This document shows, piece after piece, positions 25,601 through 35,230 of a stretch of 64,000 nt of DNA (the first letter of the stretch is position 1; each line of letters opens with the position of its first letter). The stretch lies in the NCBI GenBank assembly GCA_008632985.1, contig QPGO01000099.1, positions 165,679 through 229,678 on the forward strand, in the 5' to 3' direction. Source of the stretch: Psammoneis japonica (taxonomy: Eukaryota). The notes under the pieces are model-generated. The model was given only the letters and a program-made list of their open reading frames with translations. It was not told where the DNA came from and did no database searches. Both the position numbers and the translations under genes were made by a program.

Positions 25601-28600
25601 GTTTCCGCTGCATCAGAAGAATGCTTTCTAAGCTCTGTCGCCAGTTTGTCAGTGACATTCAGCACTTCTTGGCAAGTGGCAGTGTCGTCTTTTTGGGTGT
25701 CTTTGAGTGTGTGCTCAATGGTGCACTGTGCAGAGGGGCCTGGCATCAGAGTTGCGATGTTTGTGTTGCATGTCAGCTTAGATCTGCTGATTGCAGGGCA
25801 CGACACATTCTGGAAAGCATCGCATTTTCTCCTCTTGGGGACAATTTCTTTGACGCATCTACAACGGAATGAGCCANNNNNNNNNNNNNNNNNNNNNNNN
25901 NNNNNNNNNNNNNNNNNNNNNNNNNNNNNNNNNNNNNNNNNNNNNNNNNNNNNNNNNNNNNNNNNNNNNNNNNNNNNNNNNNNNNNNNNNNNNNNNNNNN
26001 NNNNNNNNNNNNNNNNNNNNNNNNNNNNNNNNNNNNNNNNNNNNNNNNNNNNNNNNNNNNNNNNNNNNNNNNNNNNNNNNNNNNNNNNNNNNNNNNNNNN
26101 NNNNNNNNNNNNNNNNNNNNNNNNNNNNNNNNNNNNNNNNNNNNNNNNNNNNNNNNNNNNNNNNNNNNNNNNNNNNNNNNNNNNNNNNNNNNNNNNNNNN
26201 NNNNNNNNNNNNNNNNNNNNNNNNNNNNNNNNNNNNNNNNNACATGCCACAAACTCTGGGTTTGTCCAGCATTTAGTGCAATGAGGGCAATGCGCGAACA
26301 TGCCATTTTTTGATTTCTGACCGTGCTTGTGCCTCAGGTGTCGAAGCTGCTGATTGCTGACCATTTTAGGCACAGTGCGACAGGCAAGATTAACAGTGCA
26401 ATCATGATCAAAAGTTTCTGTGATGGACAGTCGAGTGTAATCCTCGCCACATGTCAACCCAGTTGTGCAGATCCGACTGGTCAGTTTGGACAGTGTTCTT
26501 TTACCATCACGCCTAAAATCTCCATTGTCAGAATGCAGATTGTCTCTTGCTGTGTTTGTGTCTTCAAACCATGCCTGAATGTGACCGTGTGCCGAGAGTC
26601 TACCTTGTTCTTCCATTGCAGCTGTGAAAGCGGAGGGTCTCCCTGTGTAGAATTCAAAATCTTCTCTGGGTGAATTCCTTTTTAAGTCCCATCCTGTTGC
26701 TTCTTCTGTGACGATTTCCAATGACATTTCGAGCGCAAAAGCCGTGACACCTGGGTGCTCCACACGAAGCTCGTTTCTTGCCTTGGCCTTTTCGGTCAAT
26801 TCTTCATCCGACATTTCTGTCACATCTCTGCCTTTGTCGATGAGCATGTCCGCACAAATTTGAACTAAAAAGGAATTGGCATCATCGGGGCTTGTCGTTG
26901 AAAATGCTCCAGGTTGTCCAAAGTGGTGTTGGCAGGTTTCAGCATTTCTTCTCATTTTTTTTTGCTGCTTCATTTGTGTGTGGAACAGATGCCGACACCA
27001 CATCCACTGCACTTAAGAAACGATGTCCCAATGCGCAATTCCTGCGTTCACCGGTCTGTCTGTCACACATGGCACGGTCGATGTCGTCTTGTGTCAGTTC
27101 ATTTGAGAATTGTCTGGCTTGATTTTTGTCTCTTGCTTTCCATCCAGCACTGTGCACCATTCGTTGCTTCACAGTCAGATTGCACAGGGTCAGAACAAAG
27201 AGTTGCTTGTGGAAGTGGGGCTGAGAAATGCGGGCCAAGTGATCTGCGCAATGTGCTAGATTTGTGCAGTCGGCGAGACTCCCATCTTCTTTCATTCTTG
27301 TTTCATTGATGCCGCCACGCCCACAAGGAAATTGCAGCAAGCAAGCATTTGCCAGGTTGTTGTCCTTAAAGTCACTGACTGATTCTTTCAAAAGATCAGC
27401 TTTGAATTCAATGTCAAAACCGCTTGCAGCTGCATCGTGCACCAAGTCTTTGAAGCTGTCTAAATTACGTTGTGACGCGTTCCAGCCCTAGGTGGGACTC
27501 CGTGTGACATTGGGCCCGTAGAATTCTACGTGCGAGCTCCGTAGTACGAGAATTTAATTAATGGATATATTTATCTTCAACATCAAATAAACGGCCAAGT
27601 TTGTGGTACAATTATGCCTCTTACCACTCGACGTTTTTGCAACTTCGCCTGCCCTACGCGATTCTTAAGACATTGTAGAATCGCGCTGTAACAAAAAATG
27701 TCAAAAGTTGTTGGACGGATCGCTCAATAAGTGTACCGTAAAATGACACAAAATATCGAAAAAATCACGTAGAAATCTACGTGCGCGACATACGACGAGA
27801 CTCAAAAAACTATCGATGTCACAGTTCAGCAGTGCGAGGTCCCACCTAGACCTGGAACGCGTCTTGTCCACCAGTTGTTGAAGAAACGGCACCATTGGGG
27901 AAATGAACACTGTGGGACTCCGTGGTTTCAATGTTTGCATTTTCGCTTTCGTCCAAACTGCCATTGTCCACTAAAACTGGATTCTGCAAATTGCTTCGCA
28001 CTTCCTCTAGATCGATGTCTTGATTCATCCAATTCTCGTGGTGATGGACAAGCCATTCCAGTGCTCTCATTGCACAGTGAGTCCTGATTTTGTTCTTTTG
28101 TCTGGCCATTCGCCTTTGCTCTGGTGTCATTTTGCCGGATGCCAACACAACCACATTTTGATGAAGGTTCAACACGTCAAAGTGCATGATGGTGCGGGCG
28201 ATGCTCTTCATGTTTGTCTTGCAATGGGAAAGACCACCTTGCAGTTTCTTCTGTTTGCCACCGACAAAACTGAAGCAGCAGCCATGTGTTTTCACAGGTG
28301 TCAACAAAGCTGGCTCTACTTTGGCAAGACACGATAATTCAGGTGGTGGTGTTCCAAAACAGCAATTGTTTGCTGTTGCGCACAGAGGCACAGAAGCAGT
28401 GCAGAGACTTCTTTTGCAAGGCCTGCAACAAGTGAATCCTTCAGACCTTCTGTTGTCGTTCGGAACAACATGTCGAGCTCTTGGCAAAAGCAACAGGTCG
28501 GAAATCCATCGGCAATCCCGTGGAATGTGTTCGTCATCGATGCGACAACAATCGTGCGGGTCTTCCGATGCTTGGTTCCATTCAGATGGAGTTGACAGGT

Positions 28601-28976
28601 GTCTGGTTTCTTTCAATTTGTTGACAGAAAGTCGAGCAGTCTGAGACGGTTTTGACAATCTGTCACACACCAAACAAACCCAAGGGATGTGCTCGTTTCC
28701 GTTCCTGCAGCGAAGCTTTTCAAAACGTCTGTTTGTGTTGTCTTGGTGCCTGGTGTTGCTGTCATCCACAAGACAGCTTGTGACGGCAGGCTCACACTGC
28801 GCAAAGATGAGTTGAACCAACAACGCAGCAATGGGTGCACACCAGATGACACGATGACCCATGAGACTTGCAATGAGAACAATCTGAGCAAAGTCAATGT
28901 GATCAACAGATGGCACGTTGTAGATCGCTCGTCTCGATTTGCTTGACATGTCATCGTTCGCTCGTGCGCTCTGCAT
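22699..28976 (-). mobile_element. Helitron-like Rep(HUH)-PIF1 helicase element, degenerate, interrupted by a MITE and two N gaps
   Basis: N-terminal ATANN..FGTPPPELS.L..VE and QFPCGRGG; PGAFSTTSPDD; HUH motif EEQGRLSAHGH; Y2-like QCTIEHTLK. PIF1 motifs are GAGGSGKS, TAMTGVAA, LLIVDEMS, FAGDLRQLEPV, VANGT, GHKLQG and CVMLSRV. Confidence 0.85.
27474..27863 (-). mobile_element. 390-bp MITE copy, 4-bp TSD TTGT, inserted in the Helitron-like ORF
   Basis: ttgt|gacgcgttcc ... ggaacgcgtc|ttgt. It splits the Rep ORF between the 27846-28976 and 26939-27445 segments. Confidence 0.92.
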
Positions 28977-29419
28977 TGGGATGCACTGCTGACAGCAGCG
29001 GCATCACACCGGTGAGGTCATGAACGTCAGCGGGAACGACATCTTGTGGAAGTTCAATGTGCGATGATGTGTCTTGCAGTTGAAGTCGGTTCTGCCCACT
29101 GCGACTGCACGACGTTTGTACGACTGTGACGCCTCATGTCTCGATCTGCTGCCAAGTGCAACAGATGTGTGTTGTTGCAGTGTGTCCTCATGATCGGCAC
29201 GTTCCTTTCATCCCACTTGTGAAATGGAAGGCGTCCGTCGATTGGGTGCAACAGCCCTGCGGCAGCATGTGCTGCACACATTGTGTGGGATGCATGCCAG
29301 ACACATGTTCTTGCTGACGCAGCACAGCATGTTTCAACGAATTCTGCTGTGCAAATCCCACTCATCATGCAACCGTGGCTGGATGTGAGGAACTGCTGGA
29401 TGGCCATTGCATCAGCAAT

Positions 29420-29700
29420 GTCATTCATTCTCAGTGCTGGCTCATCCAAACACAGCCCAGGTTCCTGATCAACGACGTTCTTCAAGATGGCGGCATGCCG
29501 GTGTGTCCACAAGTGTCGCTGGTGCCCTGTGCAAGATCTTGTCATCCAACCATCAGTTTCAGCAGGAGTCTCACCATGCTGAAGATGATGATTGAAATGT
29601 CTTTGACATGTTGAAGGATCATGGGTGTCCCGAGGAAGACAGAGATTGCTCGCTTGCTTGCACAGGTTGGAGAGCTTGGTTTTCGCGCCAGCTCCGACTT
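29420..29700 (-). pseudogene. Probable N-terminal (HTH) half of an IS630/Tc1-like transposase
   Basis: HGETPAET...ILKNVVDQEPGLCLDE..LRM resembles the ..P.LYLDE.. HTH segment of IS630-like transposases. Confidence 0.5.
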
Positions 29701-29884
29701 TGACAATGTCTGAGCCCAACCCGATTAGAACAAACGGAGATGACAGCCTGTTGAAAACCACGGCGATTGTAACGCCGGACCATTGGGTCAATCTTCATGG
29801 TGTTGCTTTGCTGATTTCCCAAAGCAAGAGTCCGCTCTGATTGCTCTTTCATTGAGTGGATGATTTCCGTGACAAAATGCCCCC

Positions 29885-30312
29885 CCGGCAGGTTGCTGAA
29901 CATTGTTTGTGCCCCATCGTTTTCAATGACACCAAGCACAGGACGTCATTTAAGACACAAAAGGCGATTGTCAGACAGCAGGCAGCGTTTGGGGAAAGAG
30001 GTGCTCGGTGCGAACAAACAACCTTTCTCGATTTCACACGAACAAAACAACGTTTTGCACGTCAATTTTCGCCAATTCTTGTTGGCAGTGCGTGCGAGAT
30101 TTGCTCTTTCGCGTTGTGGCCTTGTGGACCGTTCAAAGACGTTTCTAAAACGCCCCTGCATGTCTCTGGGCGTGGCTTGGTTGATGAGAAATAACGCCGA
30201 GAGTTGGTGAGAGTGGTGTGACGGGTGTTGTGACAACAAAAAAAAATTTGTTTTTTACGTTTGTCTGTGTGTGTGCAACTTGGCACTTTTTGGTGGAACA
30301 CCAACACGCAGC
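29885..30312 (-). repeat. ~430-bp inverted repeat, right (TA-depleted) copy
   Basis: It differs from 18242-18670 almost only at TA and CG dinucleotides. Confidence 0.95.
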
Positions 30313-30524
30313 TTGGACAAAAGGGTTTAGTCCCATGGGGGAATGCGCCACACGTGCGACTGTTGCCACCATGGCAAAACCTGTGGTTGCTCCACCACCA
30401 TCTTGGCACTTTTTGGTGGAACACCAACACGCAGCTTGGACAAAAGGGTTTAGTCCCATGGGGGAATGCGCCACACGTGCGACTGTTGCCACCATGGCAA
30501 AACCTGTGGTTGCTCCACCACCAT
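30279..30524. repeat. 123-bp tandem duplication (30279-30401 / 30402-30524)
   Basis: The unit cttggcactttttggtgg...gctccaccaccat is repeated apparently exactly. Confidence 0.9.
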
Positions 30525-33099
30525 CGCACTGCCGCAGAGGGCAACACAGCACGCACTGACACAGCAAACAGCATGCCAACAACACATTCCGCAATCACTT
30601 TTGGGCAATTGTTGGCAAATGTGACCAAACATTTCATCTTTTCGAAAGAGGAACCTCCAAGGAGCTGCTGCAACAAGGTTGCTTGCCTCCTTTGCTGGTG
30701 TGGTGCTCTTGACAAAAAGACCGCCAGTGATTTTGCCGCAACTTCTCATGGCACAAAAGAGCAAAAAACACTGGCTTGAGAGCTGCATCTCTGCCAGCAG
30801 TGCTGAAACAACCAAACCAACCCACACTTTTGTCGCACTGAGTTGCAGTGCCAAAAAAGTGGCTTCAGCTGGCCGAGCTCATTGCCACTGGAGAGGACAC
30901 TGAGCAGCATGCCAGCCAAAGCAACAGAGGATTTTTGACCCCTGTCATTGTTGAAAACTTGTGAGCTCTCATCATCTCAATTTTTGGAAAGCTTCCCCAG
31001 CACCCAGCAGCATTTTGTGCACATGTCACCGGCGGCTGCCCAGGGGGCACGTTCTTGGTGTGCTCCCTCTCCCCCCCTTGAGACCCACCTCCTTTTTGTC
31101 AGAATGTTGCCAAGCATCTGCTGCAAGCTCCTCATTCTCTTGCAGTCAGGAGAAGCCCAAATGTGACCCAGTCAAAATGTGACAGCTGTGACTCATGCTT
31201 TGCCTGCCACTCTGAAGAGCAGCGCATGGCATGTCTCTTGAGCTGCGCGCCTTGTTCCCTCAAGCTTCCTCTCTGATGTGTGCTCAGCCCAAAACAAAAG
31301 ATGGTCAGGAGGCCTGTTGCATGGAGCAGCAGATGTCAAACATGCAGCCATGGAAGGCAGGCACCAAGGACTCCAGCAGCATGTTTTGGTTGCTCTGTGT
31401 GGCCATTGTGTGGTGTGCCAAGAGCTGTGGTCAAAAGGCCAAAGCACTGGTGGCTGCAAAGACAGCCAAAGTGACAACAGAAAGCAACATGAAGCAAGTG
31501 TGTGTTTCAAGTGTTAGAGGCAGACTCTGTCTTGACCAAGCATGATGTTGTCTCAGCTTCTTGAGATGGCAGCAATCTTTTGAGGGAGTTGAGGGATTTT
31601 GACTCAAGATTTGTTCAGCAACATTGCACTGCTTTTGGCTCAACTGCACAGTCATCTTTGAGACAGAGCTTTGCTGAGAAAATTGGAGCTTTTTTTACAG
31701 TGGGCACAAACTGCACTGCCATGTCTTGGCCACCCCAGGTCAAATGCCCCTGAGTGGCTGCACCAGCAATGATGTGCAAACTGCGTTGTTGGGCCACATG
31801 GCTCTTGCTGGCATCATCACAAAGGCAGGTTGTGTGGTGGAACTTGCACCCACGTGTCATCACTTTGAAAGACCTTGCAAATGTGACTCAAGCACTGTCA
31901 TGGCACAGCAGCTCAGCCACAGTGATGCCTTTGCATGGTCACAGCCCACATCTCCTGCCAGTCAAAAGTGCTTTGCACACCTGGTTGAGTGTGGGGTGGC
32001 AGAGTGCTGGTTGCCGATGCATGGCATCTGGGGCAGACTTGTCATTGCTGCAAACACTGAGCAACATTGACCCCTGCACCACTTCAAAAGATTCACCCTC
32101 AACAGACACTTTTTCCAGACTTGGGTGCACAAACATGAAAAAAATGCCCCTTTTTGAATGAAGCACACAGCCCAAACTGCAAACACTGAGCACCATGAGC
32201 CCACACCACTTCAAAAGACCCGCCCTCAACAGACTTGGTTGTTCCAGACTCGGGTGTGCAAACGTGAAAAAAAAACCCTTTTGCGCGAAACTTGCAGTCC
32301 AAACTTTTGGCACCACCCTCAAAAGCAAAAACACAACAATCTTCAAATGTGGTGTCATGAACACATGCAAAAAGGTCTCTTGTGTGTGCCCTGAAAAAGT
32401 CTTGAATGGGTGACAAATTGTGTTTTGTCAAAACACTTTGAGCACAAGTTGCTCTCAATGAATTAAATGAGACACTCATTGGCGCTAAAGCTTGAGAAGA
32501 CGTGAGAAGAAATTGAACTTAGCCCATGCACAATGGCACCCACTTTGGACCCTTTTTTCACTGCTTTGCCAACATGGATGACTGGAACACTTGCATCAGT
32601 TGATGGTGTGGATGAAACACACACAGAAGTGGAAAGGAACTTGTCCTCAGAGGCACCAAATGGTGAGTGAAATGAGGCCAAAATGTTGTTGCCAACAGAT
32701 TTGTCTTGCTTCTTTTGCTGTGCTGCAGCCTGCACCAAGCATTTTTCCTGCTGTTGTTGATGACACAGACTGCACAAAAAAAGCAGGCCATCATCATTGC
32801 TGAAAGCCATGGCCATTCTGGCTGCAATTTGCTTCAACAACACAGCCCTTGCACTGGGAAGTGACATCCTTTCCAGACTGGAGGTGTGCAAAGCTGCACT
32901 GCACCAGCCTTGGCACATTTGTGGCTGGACAAAACCTGTCAGAAAAGTGTTGCAAAGGGAGACAGCTTCAAAATGAGTGCAGCCCAACATTGCTGCACAA
33001 GCCACAGCTGCTCAATGCCTGCAGCAAGCTTTGTTCAAAAATGAGCTTGTTTGGCTCTTCTGGCAAGGTTTCTTCACCACCATTCAAAAGAACAAGGAG

Positions 33100-34540
33100 C
33101 TGACCCCTCTCTTGTTGAAGAAGTCAGCGCCAATGTGTGCACTCATGCTCAACCCACCTCACCCATTGCTGGTGGCTAGACAAAATGGGCTTCACCAACA
33201 ACTTACAGCCCAGTCATCTGAGGCTTGGGTGCCCCTGATCAAAATGTTTCTGGTGTTCAGAGTTTTGTGGATGAATCACTCTTTGTGCTGTGCATTGAAA
33301 AACAGAGCTGGCAAGAAAGCGTGGCACTCTGCATGTTGGACAGAGGCAAAATTGCAAATTTTTTTGGAGACACCCACACAAATGAAAAGGATTTGCTTCT
33401 TCCGTTTGCCACTCAAGCATCATTTCACAAGTTCAATGCAAGTCGTGCAGTTTTGTTTCACTCTGCAAATGCAAGAGAACAGGCGCATGCTGAGTCGGCC
33501 GGAAAAGTGCTGTGAAACAACATTGCCACATTCGCAGCAAGTGGCAGCCCAAAAATGTCTGCATCAAAGGGGGAATTGGTTTTGTTGAAGTCCAAGTCTG
33601 TGTCCAAATCTGTTGTTGCAAACTGCAAAGTGCTCGCGACAGGTGTTGACAAGGTGGGTTGGGACCCAGTTGCAATGGCTGACCCTGTTTGCATTGTCGC
33701 AGTCCTTGCACATGAAATGATTTGGCATGCAAGCTGGAAAGGAATTGACAAAGACCGTGGTTGCATTTTTGTTTCTGTTCCAGTTGCTTCTCAGGAAGAA
33801 TCACAGTCCAAGGATGCCAATGGATGCAAAATTTTCACTGCTGCTTTTGAGGCCATGGTTGGTCTGGATCCCAAATTACGTCAAGACGTCTTGTTTGTGA
33901 TTGAAGAGAGTGACAGACTCAGAATGCCCTTGAAGGATGCCAAGTTCCCTCCTCTTGTCCTTGACTCCTTTGTGCTTCCTGATTCATTGCCATTTGAAAT
34001 GAAAAATGACATCATGAAAATGCAAAGTTCTTCACAGCCACAAAGAGGAAGGGATGATTTTAGGGAGTTGGTTGAGCACACAGAGGGTGAAAAAAAAGAA
34101 TGGGAGGCCAGGTGTTTCTCATCAACAAGCTCTCAAGAAGGCTGGTGATGTGTGGGATGGGGTGGATCTTGGAAATTGGCTGTGCAAGCAACGGGTGGCC
34201 AAGTGGAAGGGGAAACTGGATGCTTCTTGACAAAGATGACTGGAGAAGACTGGCGTTGAATGCTGCATTTTGGCTGAGTGACAGGAAGCCATGTTTTCAT
34301 TTCTGGGTCAATTCAATGAACGGGAGGGACATTGCAGGGTGCCTCAATGACACATTGAAAATGGAAAGAGACTTGGAGTTTGGATGGGCAATCAAAAGCA
34401 AGCATGGAAGGCGGGAAAGCTGGAGAACAGCCGCATGAACCGACTGCTGGATCTTGGCATTGTTGTTGCTAGAAAGCAGTCTCTGCAATGTGGGAACTTT
34501 GTTGGTCTCGTGTGTGTTTCTGTTTTAAAGAATGAAAACA
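33100..34540 (+). pseudogene. Hypermutated, frameshifted paralogue of the HA-domain helicase at 129-2249, including 3' flank
   Basis: ANCKVLATGVD, AFEAMVGLDP.LRQDVLFVIEESDRL and QKQAWKAGKL..NRLLDLG are shared. GY->GC occurs twice and the stop region gagtagt->aagcagt. Confidence 0.9.
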
Positions 34541-34889
34541 GCTGCTTTGAAATGATTGTGTGTGTTCGCTCTTTACAATGCCAGAGTGTACTTTGGTGTC
34601 GTCGGTGTTGTGCTGCCGTAAACCGTAAAGCATGGAAACGATTTCTCCGAATTCGATTGTGCACAGTAACGTCGGTTCCGCCAATCACGAGGGCGCCTTC
34701 ATGACGGCTTGGTTCAAAGGCTTCTTTTTAGATGTGAGAGTTCTCGCACAGCATCGGGCATCTCTCTCTAGAGCAGGCCGCCAGAAGTCCATCATTGGAT
34801 CCAGTTTAATTGCTGCTCTGGCTAGAGAGTGTGGCTCTGCTAGAGTAGCTATCGTAGAGCAGGGGTGCACCGCCATGCATCAGTCGTCG

Positions 34890-35001
34890 GTATCATCGTC
34901 CACCCATCACCCAGGCACGACCGCCCACGTTGATGACACAGCGTATCATCGCGTCCACCCATCACCCAGGCGCGACCGCCCACGTTGATGTCACAGCGTA
35001 T
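34890..35001. repeat. ~54-bp tandem duplication
   Basis: gtatcatc(gc)gtccacccatcacccagg..cacgttgatg.cacagc occurs twice. Confidence 0.85.
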
Positions 35002-35230
35002 TTACTCGTAGGGCTATCTCGCTCGATAGCCGAGCAGACGACTCTTTTGGAGAGCAATAGCCTTAATCTCACTCCTTTCATCCTTAGGATACGATTCCCC
35101 ACGCCATGGTCAAACTGGGCGGCAATTCAGACAAGCGCATTTTGTGATTCTGTTTAGGATGAAATTATCGATATATTTATTGCTACACGAACCTACGCAA
35201 TGTGCTTTTGCAAAACTACAGCACGCCCAT

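Noticed and set aside
24481..27012. 843-aa ORF and poly-X ORFs as single proteins
   Set aside because: They read through N gaps (~25009-25549 and ~25877-26241), so the frame across the gaps is unknown.
22009..27863. The two inverted MITEs as TIRs of one 5.9-kb composite transposon
   Set aside because: Each copy has its own TIRs and its own distinct TSD (TTTA vs TTGT), and the second interrupts the Rep ORF, so they are independent insertions.
20590..28976. Alternative genetic code or Cys/His-rich metalloproteins
   Set aside because: Neighbouring genes use TAY normally, and the same change affects non-coding IRs and MITEs.
18242..30312. Classical RIP (CpA->TpA) acting on the TA-rich copies
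   Set aside because: The TA-rich copies are the intact ones, and the TA-poor copies have lost universally conserved Tyr residues and stop codons, so the polarity is TA->TG/CA.
30600..33050. Numerous 60-200-aa ORFs as real genes
   Set aside because: They overlap in all frames, are Tyr-free and carry no motifs; loss of TAA/TAG explains them.
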